DNA from: Candidatus Heimdallarchaeota archaeon
GTDB lineage: Archaea > Asgardarchaeota > Heimdallarchaeia > Hodarchaeales > Hodarchaeaceae
Direction of reading: 5' to 3'
Assembly (NCBI GenBank): GCA_011364965.1
Contig: RDOB01000003.1
Coordinates: forward strand, 304,939 to 368,938
DNA: 64,000 nucleotides
In this document: in pieces, positions 29,257 to 39,585 of the stretch
Layout: the number at the start of each line of letters is the position of its first letter
Numbering within the stretch: position 1 is the first letter of the stretch
Made by a program: the position numbers and the translations under genes
Notes under the pieces: generated by a model
The model's database searches: none
The model's input: only the letters and a program-made list of their open reading frames with translations
What the model was told of the DNA's origin: nothing

Positions 29257-29855
29257 ATAAATCCTCCGATAATAGTTATTAATGGATTAAAATGATTTAT
29301 TACTAAGTTAGCAAAATTTATAGAAAATAAAAACCCACTGATTCTCACTATACAGGTATTGGCCTTGGAGTTATCGAATGATACATTTGCAAATCGTAAA
29401 ACACGTACTTTATTCGATTTTGGCCATGTATAATGTTTCACAGGATGATTAGAATAAATTGCTGTCCTACCAAGAGGAATCCCATCGGAATTGAAAGCAT
29501 CCAAAATTAAATGAGAAGTCCAGCTTAATATGAGCCCAGTTACTAGAGAATACCAAAGAGAATCGGAAAGATAATCAGCCAATGTGATTAATGGAAAAAA
29601 ATAAGAGAAAGTCCATGGAGAATGAGTTAAAGGATGACGATATCTTCTAGCAAACCGATGTTTAGCTAATTGAACCCCCTGATATTGTGCTGATGTGTTT
29701 GGAATGATATCTAGGATATTCGGGAGTATACTCGCTCCAGCAATAAATAATGAGCTGATAAATATAAACCATGAAAGAATCGGGTCCTTCAGGGCTAATA
29801 AATCATAAAGATTAATAATCCCAAGAGCAAAACAGTAATGAGTCTGATTTTTCAC
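29241..29855 (-). CDS. YdjM-like membrane metal-dependent hydrolase
   Basis: QTH, LPNILD, RHPLTHS and SHLILDAFN..GIPL match the YdjM/DUF457 pattern. Confidence 0.8.
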   Translation of the reverse strand: MKNQTHYCFALGIINLYDLLALKDPILSWFIFISSLFIAGASILPNILDIIPNTSAQYQGVQLAKHRFARRYRHPLTHSPWTFSYFFPLITLADYLSDSLWYSLVTGLILSWTSHLILDAFNSDGIPLGRTAIYSNHPVKHYTWPKSNKVRVLRFANVSFDNSKANTCIVRISGFLFSINFANLVINHFNPLITIIGGFICVNQ

Positions 29856-29857
29856 TC

Positions 29858-32800
29858 CTACGACCTCCGTTTCTTATTAATTCTATTTCCAATTGCCACT
29901 AAGCTAGCAAATATGCTTCCTCCTAATCCTAGCTCTGCTAGTAAATTTGGATGATCAATTGACTCAGGTACCGAACTACTACTAGTAGAGATCGGGGAAG
30001 AATCTAAAGATGTACTTTCACTTTGATCAATGGTTACAGTTAATGCAGGCAGACTATATGTTTGCTGTTGACCTATATCATCAAATGCAACAATTTGTAG
30101 ATCATAAGTTCCTTCTTCTAACCAAAATTCAAAGGTATAGTGGGTAATATTATGAAATAAGGGATTAAGGGCAAGATCAGATATATAGAGAGTCACAGAA
30201 AAAATCTGAAAATCATCCTTGATTGGTATTTCAATTCTATAAAGAGCGCGTCCTGAAGCTATTTTTATGAGGGAAATAGTATGACTCCCGAAAATTGGAG
30301 GACTGTCTGTTGAGTTAAATACTAGGAATGTAGCGCTTGTAGCACCATAAATGTCGGTTGCATTTATAATAATAGTCCATACCGAATGATCAAGATTAGT
30401 AACTAAAAAACGCCAATTTTGAAAACTACCACTAATACTTTCATATAAAAGATCACCTTGAACTTCTTGTTGCAAGGAACCATTGGAAATCGCGAGTACA
30501 ACTGAATCTATTGAAGCATTCTGCTTTTCGACCCGTATTTCTAGTACAAAGTTGTCTCGGGTTGTAGAGAAAGATTCGACGGATATTATTGGAGTATACC
30601 ACTTGGATTGGTAATTTATGCAGGTAGAAGGTGTTTGATCCCAAGGATACCAAACAGAAAAATTAAAACTGTAATTTTGTGGATTAATTGGTAAAATAGT
30701 GACCCACCGGTTCCAAAATGCTTCATAAGATAGATCAACGGACGATGTCAGAAATGCTAGTTTGACATATTCAATTGGTAATGAGTTATCATCTACTTTC
30801 ACCCAAATTTCATAGTGATCATTTGCCCAATTCACATAGACTTCCTCAATTTTTGGGGGAGGAGGGAACCAGTTTAGTACAAATATCTCGAAGTCATATT
30901 CATCAAAAATTGTCTTGGCAATTAAACGCGCATTCCAAATTCCTGGTGAAGATAAAGAGAAATCTAAGGCATAAAATTTGTTAAAAGCATCCCATTCTAA
31001 GTCTTCCGTTCTCGAACCGTTAATCTCTAGCCAGAGTCTTTCAAAATTAGGATTGGGTAAAATTTGAGTTGTAAGATAAAAATTTCCTGCATTATCCAAA
31101 GATTGCATATTTGATTCAATTAGTAAATCAACTTTAGCTACAATCGCAAATTCGAGTGTTGCATGTTCTACATTTCCTGCTTCGTCATAAGCATAAACTG
31201 ATAATAGATATTCTCCTATTGACAAATTTAAGAAAAAAGGAGTTAAATACGTTTGGTTAAACATGTGAACACCAGTAATGCTATAAAGGATAGTACTACC
31301 ATCGGAATAAATATTAAGTAAGATTCCATCATGAAAAATTGAATGATATGGCGATTCTATGATTAAATTTGGAGGAATAGTATCTACACTAAAAAATGCC
31401 CTTTTTATAATGAAATTTCCAGCTAAATCGCTGCAAATTATTGTCAAGTTATGATGACCTTCATTAATATCATATAGATATTGATCTGAAACGGGATTAG
31501 GTAGCTCATTACCATCAAAAAATGCTCGTATTATGTCAGCATCAGTAAAAAATGTTATTTTTATGTCATTAGATGTGTAAGAGCTGTTCTGAGGATTGTT
31601 AAGATATAAAGAAGGAGCAGTAGTATCAACCTGAAATTCTGAAATAGCTGAACTAATTATTCCATATTCATTTTCGGCGAAAGCATTACATATGTAATTT
31701 CCTTGAGGTAAACTCCTATAAATAGGAGCTGTCCATGTTATATTTGAAACATCGACAGGTATTATGTGATACCAAAAATTTATAGCATCTCCCATTAACA
31801 TTACCTCCACAATAGAACCATATGTAATGTTCATGGGAGAAACAATCCTCAGATCCACTGGAATAGAGGTTATTTGAACTAAATCCTCCTCGCTTTTGGA
31901 TTCTAGATAATAATTCGTATCATCCAATGGAGTATGAACCATTATGCTGTATACCCCGGGTGTAGTCATCGCTAAGGTAAAATAATAGTGACCAGCTCCA
32001 TCGGTCGAATCTGCTTCTATTTCAGTTCCATTCACTTGTAAATATATATCAAGACCTTCAATGGGACCTGATACTTCTCCTATCACAGTTCCATCTATAT
32101 TTATGCTTACATTAACCTGAACTGAACTAGGAACAGAAAGTGTAATAATAACATCCTCATAAGCTTGAATGGCCAAATTTATTTGTTTGAAATAAACGTA
32201 CAAATCTTCCGAGACAATGCGAAAGGATTTAGATCCTCTAGTTGTAAAAATGTACTCATAGAGATGAATCCCACCTTCTCTCCAATCTTGCCATAACTGA
32301 TCAGCAATCCATATTTGATATCTTTCACTTGAATTTATAGCAAATGCATAGATTTCATTTACGTTAGCAGTACTATTACCAATAAAATCAATAATTGGAA
32401 TCACAAACATTGTAGAAAAATCATATTTAGTAGTATTTGGGCCTATCGCTCTTATACTGAAATCTCCCTTATAATATGGAGTACTCCAGTTATATAATCC
32501 CTGTCCTGATCCATTTAGTAATACAGAGGTTATATAATTCCAACTTGCACTCCCAAATGGTTGCCAATGAAGATCTATTATGTCATTTAATCCACCTTCT
32601 AAGGTTATCAATGTGAAACTTCTTGCTATAACTTCAGAGGGTATCATAATAGACAGGGGTGGCCTAACTGAGATACTTATAATTGGAGAATTAATAGCTG
32701 GTTTATAAAAGGAACTTAGATCTCCCTGAAACGATATTTCTATTAAATGAACGCCAATCTGAGTTGAGTGAGAGATATAGTAATCAAGATGAAAAAAACC

Positions 32801-34642
32801 CGATGAATCAGTAGAACAAATTCCGAGATCTATTCCAATTGTGTTATCTGTAATCATAATTGACTGATACTGGACAGGATGTCCTTCTTCGTCAGCTAAT
32901 TCTCCGTAGAAACGCACAGTTTGTCCTTTGATGAGAGTTGAAGCGTTTTGACCTACTATTGGGAAGGTGGGTGAAGAAAAAATTGTTAATTCAAAGGACT
33001 CAAGGTGTTCATCATAGTAATTAGAGTCATGAAATCGAATCTGGAAATTCATCACACCTAAGGGGTGGCTGGATTTTATGTGGTACTCGAAAAAAATGCC
33101 TGGTGTGTAGATTTTATTTTCAATTACAGTTGAATTAATGGCATATTCAAAGGATACTTCTCCACTGCTGACTGGATTCCCTTCAGAGAGAACAATTACT
33201 TCTATGACCGTATTACAATTACGATCAAGAGGTCCGCTTTCATAGGTAATATCAATCTCAGTTAATCCTTTGATAAGGATATCAATTGATGAAAGTGTAT
33301 CAATGATCCCACTTGGGGAACCGAATGACCTAAAACCATAACGATGTGTTCCAATGGATGAATTGTATAGAATTGAATATTCAAAAAAGAGAAATCCATC
33401 TTGGTTAGTACTTTTATTACTAATGGATCTATTTCCATCAGTTAAATCTATCAGTTCTAGAGTACATAACACTGGATGAGTCCAAACATCCTCTTCAGTA
33501 CAATAAACCTCAAATCGAATAGTTTCATTATTTTTAAATTCGGTTGCATTGACTGTAGAAGTAATTCGTGCCTTATCAGTGATCATCAAAAACTGTGTTG
33601 AATTCGCATAAATATCTGATGTCGATATGGCTTTTAGTTCTGTAATAATTACAAGAGGACCAACAGGAATAGATGAATTTGGTGAAAACGTAGATGAGGT
33701 ATTCCTTTTAGTTAATATCTCCTGATAGAATACTATCTTCTCACTACCAATAAAATAGTAACTCTCCAATTGCATTCCTATCGGAGAATCACCTAATATC
33801 GTATTTTGAAGGATTAAAGTATCCTGACATCGTTCAAGTTGAAGGGAACTTGAAGTCTGAACCAACCATACTCCTAGACTCATTACCGTAACATTGTGTA
33901 AAGAAGACTGAGATGGCTTTATATCACCAATAGATGTACCAGTATATTCAACAAGAAAATAATTTAATCCAACTGGAGTGAAAATGGGAACCTGATAATT
34001 GAATGTAAAAGGCCAGATTATTTGGGCACCACCTGAAAAATAATTTGGCAATGGCCCAATTGTGTGAATAGTGGGGATTCCCGTTAAATTCAAAGCTTTT
34101 ATATAGATATATCCTCCTCCCATCCACCCAAAATCGATAGTGAGTTCACCTGAAAATTCTAATGTAGCTTTCTTGAAAACAACACTCGAGTTCGTCCCTA
34201 GTGTAATCCATGAATCGCGAACTACTCCAGTGAAAAAGTTATCAAAGAATACAATACAAAATCCTGTTGAAGGGGAATAATTCAGGAATCCTTCATAATT
34301 AATTTGAAATATATGCTTTCCAAGAAGGAGCGGATCGGAAACAACCCATTCAATTTGTGCAAATCCGTTTATGATATTACCAATCATTACCTCAGAAGTA
34401 TTTGTGTCTGTTATGGTGAAAGATCCTGCTGGAACTGGATCATAACCAGTATATACCCAAATCGAAAAAAGAATTTTGTCTCCAGCTTGTTTAGTGCCTG
34501 AGTCAGCATGAATACTTGATATTGTATCTATAGAAACGGCTGAAACATTAATATTTGACATAGCAGTAAAAATTAACAGAAAAACGAAAAATAGTAACAC
34601 TGCTCGAATTCGAATCAGAGAATTATACAAGAAACCCTGCAA
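29858..34642 (-). CDS. Large (1594 aa) cell-surface protein with tandem Ig-like domains and C-terminal TM
   Basis: Signal peptide; repeated T.TD..G.F and DT.AP.L.I.SP Ig/Big-like units; Ser-rich linker, TM, KKRRS. Confidence 0.8.
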   Translation of the reverse strand: MQGFLYNSLIRIRAVLLFFVFLLIFTAMSNINVSAVSIDTISSIHADSGTKQAGDKILFSIWVYTGYDPVPAGSFTITDTNTSEVMIGNIINGFAQIEWVVSDPLLLGKHIFQINYEGFLNYSPSTGFCIVFFDNFFTGVVRDSWITLGTNSSVVFKKATLEFSGELTIDFGWMGGGYIYIKALNLTGIPTIHTIGPLPNYFSGGAQIIWPFTFNYQVPIFTPVGLNYFLVEYTGTSIGDIKPSQSSLHNVTVMSLGVWLVQTSSSLQLERCQDTLILQNTILGDSPIGMQLESYYFIGSEKIVFYQEILTKRNTSSTFSPNSSIPVGPLVIITELKAISTSDIYANSTQFLMITDKARITSTVNATEFKNNETIRFEVYCTEEDVWTHPVLCTLELIDLTDGNRSISNKSTNQDGFLFFEYSILYNSSIGTHRYGFRSFGSPSGIIDTLSSIDILIKGLTEIDITYESGPLDRNCNTVIEVIVLSEGNPVSSGEVSFEYAINSTVIENKIYTPGIFFEYHIKSSHPLGVMNFQIRFHDSNYYDEHLESFELTIFSSPTFPIVGQNASTLIKGQTVRFYGELADEEGHPVQYQSIMITDNTIGIDLGICSTDSSGFFHLDYYISHSTQIGVHLIEISFQGDLSSFYKPAINSPIISISVRPPLSIMIPSEVIARSFTLITLEGGLNDIIDLHWQPFGSASWNYITSVLLNGSGQGLYNWSTPYYKGDFSIRAIGPNTTKYDFSTMFVIPIIDFIGNSTANVNEIYAFAINSSERYQIWIADQLWQDWREGGIHLYEYIFTTRGSKSFRIVSEDLYVYFKQINLAIQAYEDVIITLSVPSSVQVNVSINIDGTVIGEVSGPIEGLDIYLQVNGTEIEADSTDGAGHYYFTLAMTTPGVYSIMVHTPLDDTNYYLESKSEEDLVQITSIPVDLRIVSPMNITYGSIVEVMLMGDAINFWYHIIPVDVSNITWTAPIYRSLPQGNYICNAFAENEYGIISSAISEFQVDTTAPSLYLNNPQNSSYTSNDIKITFFTDADIIRAFFDGNELPNPVSDQYLYDINEGHHNLTIICSDLAGNFIIKRAFFSVDTIPPNLIIESPYHSIFHDGILLNIYSDGSTILYSITGVHMFNQTYLTPFFLNLSIGEYLLSVYAYDEAGNVEHATLEFAIVAKVDLLIESNMQSLDNAGNFYLTTQILPNPNFERLWLEINGSRTEDLEWDAFNKFYALDFSLSSPGIWNARLIAKTIFDEYDFEIFVLNWFPPPPKIEEVYVNWANDHYEIWVKVDDNSLPIEYVKLAFLTSSVDLSYEAFWNRWVTILPINPQNYSFNFSVWYPWDQTPSTCINYQSKWYTPIISVESFSTTRDNFVLEIRVEKQNASIDSVVLAISNGSLQQEVQGDLLYESISGSFQNWRFLVTNLDHSVWTIIINATDIYGATSATFLVFNSTDSPPIFGSHTISLIKIASGRALYRIEIPIKDDFQIFSVTLYISDLALNPLFHNITHYTFEFWLEEGTYDLQIVAFDDIGQQQTYSLPALTVTIDQSESTSLDSSPISTSSSSVPESIDHPNLLAELGLGGSIFASLVAIGNRINKKRRS

Positions 34643-34695
34643 TCATAAAACCCTCTTTGCTTTAACTAAAGTTCAATTATGATAGCAAATGATCC

Positions 34696-34710
34696 TTATA
34701 TACTCGACAG
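34696..34710 (-). promoter_or_regulatory. Shared promoter element copy (CTGTCGAGTATATAA)
   Basis: Upstream of the five-gene surface/RecA-paralogue operon; back-to-back with the radA copy. Confidence 0.55.
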
Positions 34711-34742
34711 CGTGAAGTTGGTTTAGGAGGGAAATCTTGTTG

Positions 34743-34757
34743 ATTTTGGATATTTAA
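34743..34757 (+). promoter_or_regulatory. Shared promoter element copy (ATTTTGGATATTTAA) upstream of radA
   Basis: Identical to 24945-24959. Confidence 0.7.
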
Positions 34758-34831
34758 AGCATACAAGCAATCAAATACTGATTATCGAAATGCATGACAT
34801 TTCTTCTCTAAAACGTAAGAAGTTGAAATAA

Positions 34832-35839
34832 ATGGCAAAAGCACAAGATAAAAAAGAAGAAATGGTTGTAGAAAAAGAAATTCAACCAAAAAAAGATAAA
34901 AATCTAAGTTCAGAGAAATCTTTCCTTGAATCGATTTCTGGAATCGGACCAACTACCAAGAAAAGACTTGAAGAAGCAGGATATGGTAGTAAAGAAGCAA
35001 TTGCTTTAGCAACACGAGCTCAATTAACAGAAATCTCAGGAATCGCGGAAAAAACGGCAAGTATCCTAATAAGTGAAGCTAGAGCGAGATTTGACCTCGG
35101 TTTAAAGAAGGGAACTGAGTTTGAAACAGCAGCAAGATCCAGGCAAAAATTAACTACTAGTTCGAAAGTTTTTGATGAATTATTGGCTGGTGGTTTTGAA
35201 ACAGGGAGCATTACAGAGATCGCAGGGGAAAATGGTTGTGGAAAAACCCAAATTGCCCATCAAATGGCTGTAAATTGCATTAAGTATTTTGATCGCGATG
35301 TTATCTGGATCGATACCGAAGGAACTTTTAGATTTAATCGTATTGTCCAAGTAGCTCAAGCAATGGATCTCGATCCTGATTCAGTATTATCTCGGATCAC
35401 AGTAGGAAGAGCATACAACAGTGAACATCAGATGGCATTAACTGAAGAAGCTATTACGACTGTTCCCAATGTAGGTTTAATAATCGTTGACTCTCTAATG
35501 GCACATTTTCGATCAGAATTTGCAGGGCGAGCTACACTCGCAGAACGACAGCAATTGATAGGGAAACACTTATCTTTCATTGCAAAACAAACCGAGATGT
35601 TAAACTGTGTAGGACTGGTAACCAACCAAGTTTCAGCTAAACCAGATGCTTTATTCTTCGGAGATCCAAATAAACCGGTTGGAGGAAACGTTGTGGGACA
35701 CACAGTAACTACTCGTTTAATGATTAGGAAAGGCAAAGACATCAAGAGGACAGCTACTTTAACGAAGAATCCTGAACTTCCTGATGGCAAAATCGAATTT
35801 GCAATAACTAGCGAAGGAGTAAGAGATTTCAAAAAATAG
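34832..35839 (+). CDS. radA: DNA repair and recombination protein RadA
   Basis: N-terminal HhH (SGIGPTTKKRLEEAGY); GENGCGKT; IDTEGTF; LIIVDS; LAERQQ; TNQV; GGNVVGH. Confidence 0.9.
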   Translation: MAKAQDKKEEMVVEKEIQPKKDKNLSSEKSFLESISGIGPTTKKRLEEAGYGSKEAIALATRAQLTEISGIAEKTASILISEARARFDLGLKKGTEFETAARSRQKLTTSSKVFDELLAGGFETGSITEIAGENGCGKTQIAHQMAVNCIKYFDRDVIWIDTEGTFRFNRIVQVAQAMDLDPDSVLSRITVGRAYNSEHQMALTEEAITTVPNVGLIIVDSLMAHFRSEFAGRATLAERQQLIGKHLSFIAKQTEMLNCVGLVTNQVSAKPDALFFGDPNKPVGGNVVGHTVTTRLMIRKGKDIKRTATLTKNPELPDGKIEFAITSEGVRDFKK

Positions 35840-35959
35840 TACAAGTGCAAAACCAAAAATTTTGATGGGATTTTGAAGAACTACGCAGGCTATTAAGAGT
35901 CTTAAAAGATATTACACGCCAAAAAATGGTTATAGTAGAAAACTAAAGGAGAAGGATCA

Positions 35960-37696
35960 ATAATAGATAGCAATCTTCCACCTGCTCTTCAACTCTTTCC
36001 TCATGCAGAGCTGAGAGCTTATCAATCAAATTTTCTAAGATTCGTTGAGAAGAATCCCAAATCAATTATTCATGCTCCTGTTGGTTTTGGAAAAACGATA
36101 ATGGCATTAATTTCTGCTTTACCTTTAGTCAAGAATGAAAATTATCAGCTATTCATTTTTGTAAGAACAAAAGCTCAAGTATTTCGCGTTTTTTTAAATG
36201 AAATTGTAAAAATCGCTAATAGCCGAAAATATGGATATCTAACAGCAGTTCCTTTAATTCTAAAAGCTGACTTATGCATTAAAAGAAAAGAAATTCCTCA
36301 ATTTTATCGAGGGGTTTGTGGCAAGATAAGGTGCCCTCATTTAGAAAAAACATTGTCTATTCCTGAAGAAGATTTCCCAGCAATAGTAGAACAAGTTCCG
36401 ATTACAGCTCATGGGGATTCTATAGAGGTAGAAACCTATATAGAGGCTTTTAAAGAATTCGGATGTCCTTATTATGTGATCAAACGCTGTTTACCCTACG
36501 CAAATATTATTGTAACAACACAAACATACCTAAGAAGCAGAAATCTTCAGGATATGTTTTCTCAGATTCTTTGTAACAGTTCGTTTACCAAAAAATTTGC
36601 TATCATCGATGAAGGACACAATTTTGGTGCAGATATCGAAGCTGAACTACAATTATCAGATCTTATACGCTCGCGCTCAGTAATTCCTCTTAAAGTTCTT
36701 GATAGACTAGAAGAATTAATAGTAACTAGGACAGGACGAGTAGAAAGGCCTAAAAATTTATCTGTCGCTAGTATTGATGCATTTATTGACCATGATCGCA
36801 AAGTATCTATTCAAGACAAAATTAATCTTTGGAAAATTAAAGACTTTATTCTTTCAAAGGGAGATATTTGGGTTTCAGAACAGGATAAATTAATTCAAAT
36901 TAATCCTTTTCCTCATCAAACATTTGACTTCATAAATCAATATTTCAACAGAATAATTTTAATGTCTGGAACCTTCATTCCAATGTCCTCTTATCTTGCG
37001 TTATATTCCATAAATTATCCTACTTTACAAATCCCCTCAGATTTTCAGTTCAGTTTGAATGGCATTCTTTATAACCGAACTTTCACTTCAAGATTCAAAG
37101 AAAGAACTGAAAATACCTATAAATCAATGGCAAATGTCATTGAACGACTTCATAAAACGAATCCATTTCATACAATTGTTTTTGCGACTTCCCATGAATT
37201 TAAGCAGAAAATTTTGTATCATATGTCTCTTCCGAACGTATATGTTGAAAATCCAGGTATTAGACCGTATTTTATTGATGAATTAAAAGAAAGAACTCAT
37301 GAATGTATATTTGGAGTTATGGGAGGATCATTAGCAGAGGGGATAGAAATACTTGATTTGAATAAACGGAGCTTACTTACCCTCATCATTATCGCGGGTC
37401 TTCCTTTTCCTCAACCTGATGCTACTAATCTTATTCTCACCAAATTATATTCTGCACGATGGGGTGTAAGAATGGCAAAACATCTAGGAAAATTACCCGT
37501 CACTAGAAATATTTCTCAATCAATTGGTAGAGGCATTCGCTCTGAATCAGATTTCGCTGCAAGCTTGATTTTGGATTATAGGGCAATGAAGCTCAGACAG
37601 TTCTTACCTAAAACGCGGATATTTCGGGATATTAATTCTTTGTACAACGCGTATGACTTATTTTATGCAAAAATGAAGAGAATTTTCCGACTTTAA
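35960..37696 (+). CDS. xpd: XPD/Rad3/DinG-family 4Fe-4S DNA helicase; true start upstream of ORF-track 36101, likely ATA at 35960/35963
   Basis: In-frame upstream FPHAELRAYQ (Q motif) and APVGFGKT (motif I); four FeS cysteines (DLC, VC..RC, GCPYY); DEGH; MSGT; GSLAEGIE; QSIGRGIR. Confidence 0.85.
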   Translation: MIDSNLPPALQLFPHAELRAYQSNFLRFVEKNPKSIIHAPVGFGKTIMALISALPLVKNENYQLFIFVRTKAQVFRVFLNEIVKIANSRKYGYLTAVPLILKADLCIKRKEIPQFYRGVCGKIRCPHLEKTLSIPEEDFPAIVEQVPITAHGDSIEVETYIEAFKEFGCPYYVIKRCLPYANIIVTTQTYLRSRNLQDMFSQILCNSSFTKKFAIIDEGHNFGADIEAELQLSDLIRSRSVIPLKVLDRLEELIVTRTGRVERPKNLSVASIDAFIDHDRKVSIQDKINLWKIKDFILSKGDIWVSEQDKLIQINPFPHQTFDFINQYFNRIILMSGTFIPMSSYLALYSINYPTLQIPSDFQFSLNGILYNRTFTSRFKERTENTYKSMANVIERLHKTNPFHTIVFATSHEFKQKILYHMSLPNVYVENPGIRPYFIDELKERTHECIFGVMGGSLAEGIEILDLNKRSLLTLIIIAGLPFPQPDATNLILTKLYSARWGVRMAKHLGKLPVTRNISQSIGRGIRSESDFAASLILDYRAMKLRQFLPKTRIFRDINSLYNAYDLFYAKMKRIFRL

Positions 37697-39585
37697 TCTG
37701 GTGATTCTGATAAATCTAAGGAAATATCAGAGATTATCGATGGAATTTCATTGATAGAATTTAAAATAATCACGGACACTCCTAACTTACTAGTTAGATG
37801 AAAAAAATGTCTCCGGAATTTCAAACTAGCTGATGCTATACTATTAGGAAAAATTAAGCAATAAACCTTGGTATGATCCTCAAGAAGATAATTAAAGGTG
37901 GTTTTTAGATCAAAGTCAAATAAATCTCCAAGAGTATCCTCTGAGACTATTAGAAAAAAGATAGAGGATCCTAATCTTATTCCTGGAAACTTCATTGAGT
38001 TATCAAAGTTAATTTTAAAGTCCTTTTCCGGAAATAGGGATGGAAAATCATTTTCAAAAAAGGTTGGAGAGAAATGAAGATAGATTATACTATCCGAGGT
38101 CTGATTAAGGGGTTCAGAAGTACCAATATTACTCGGAAGAGGGATTAAAGTCTCATTTATTTTTTCAATTTCATTAGCTTTAAGATAATCCCTTTTTCCA
38201 ATATTCTTTAGGTAAAAAAATCTAGATTCTTCATTGGTTTGTTTTGATAATAAAAAAACTCTAGGAATAGGTCGTTTTACTTTATTTAATTTGTCTACAT
38301 TTTCCGCATTGACATCATAAGCAATTATCACTTCAGCATAATCCTCAATAATATCATTTATGGTATTAGAAATACATACATGGGAATTTCTCAATTTAAA
38401 ATGTTGAAGTCTTTTATCCAATTCTAATCTAGGAATTGAACTTATCGGTTGTTTAAAATGGATGACAGAATAGCAATTTTCGATTAATAAGTCTTTCAGA
38501 AATACACTATTTTCAAAATTATGAGTAACAAGAGATACTCCTGATCGAAAATTAGAGAGTAATTTTAATAGAAACTGCGATTTGGGGTGGTTTAAATCCT
38601 CATAAAGTTCTATATACTGAAAAATTTTTTTTATTTTGGGATCTGATAAAAAAATCTCAATTGCACGTCGGCCAATAAATTCTCCCTTATCTTTTCTACG
38701 AATATCCAGTTCATTGAGATAATTTAATGCAGCTCGAAATCCTTGTGACACAATTATTTTTTGTAGGGTAAAAATTCTTTGGAGATTTCCTGTCTGGATA
38801 AGAAGCTCCCCAGATCTAGATTCAGTTTTTAAACTCTCATGAATGGCAACAATTTCTCTAAAAGTACATTTATTGGTTAATATAAATCCTTTATTTTGTA
38901 ATTGTTTAATTTCAAATGATTTAATCTGATTTAATATGTCTAAAATAAATATATATTGCTCTGGTAACGGTAAAGAATAACGTAGAACATTTTCTCTGTT
39001 TGAAGAATTAATATTCTCTAATTCAACAACTTCCTGCAAAAGTAAATTTTCACATAGAGCTCGTATTTTCTCTGAGGAATATATATTTGAAAACGCGCAT
39101 AAACGTATTTCTCCCATTTTTTGAGTTATGTAACGAAGCGAACGGGAACTTGCTCCCATCTCTGCATTCAATATTAAGAGAAGAGAAAATTTCTTATTAG
39201 GAATCATTTTTTCTTTTAGATCATTTTTGACTGTTTTTGGTGTAGCTAATATAATCGGATACCGTTCATAATCATTCAACCGAGCTTGTGGGAGAATTGA
39301 TCCATTCAATATAGTGATACGACTATCTAAGATTTTGGATAGTGAGACTTGAATTTCTTTCTGAATGTTCCGGCGAGATATAATTAAAACCTTAGAGGTC
39401 AATGGTTCAAGTGTCTGGTTCATATGAAAGAGACTGAGGATTGCAATAGCTCTAGCTAACTTTTCTTCTGAAGAATAAAGAAAAAGAATATTCTTATCCC
39501 TAGATTTCGGCAAAATCAGCTGTTCTTCAACGGAGGGATCGAATTTTAATCTTTTCACCATAGAGTTGTGGTCAGATAGACTCAA
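37693..39585 (-). CDS. Degenerate Hef/FANCM (ERCC4-related helicase) paralogue
   Basis: ILNGSILPQARL..Y....IILATPKTVKNDL and HPK are Hef-like; no GKT, DEAH or QRxGR; C-terminal ~120 aa sits where an ERCC4 domain would, without ERK. Confidence 0.65.
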   Translation of the reverse strand: MSLSDHNSMVKRLKFDPSVEEQLILPKSRDKNILFLYSSEEKLARAIAILSLFHMNQTLEPLTSKVLIISRRNIQKEIQVSLSKILDSRITILNGSILPQARLNDYERYPIILATPKTVKNDLKEKMIPNKKFSLLLILNAEMGASSRSLRYITQKMGEIRLCAFSNIYSSEKIRALCENLLLQEVVELENINSSNRENVLRYSLPLPEQYIFILDILNQIKSFEIKQLQNKGFILTNKCTFREIVAIHESLKTESRSGELLIQTGNLQRIFTLQKIIVSQGFRAALNYLNELDIRRKDKGEFIGRRAIEIFLSDPKIKKIFQYIELYEDLNHPKSQFLLKLLSNFRSGVSLVTHNFENSVFLKDLLIENCYSVIHFKQPISSIPRLELDKRLQHFKLRNSHVCISNTINDIIEDYAEVIIAYDVNAENVDKLNKVKRPIPRVFLLSKQTNEESRFFYLKNIGKRDYLKANEIEKINETLIPLPSNIGTSEPLNQTSDSIIYLHFSPTFFENDFPSLFPEKDFKINFDNSMKFPGIRLGSSIFFLIVSEDTLGDLFDFDLKTTFNYLLEDHTKVYCLIFPNSIASASLKFRRHFFHLTSKLGVSVIILNSINEIPSIISDISLDLSESPD

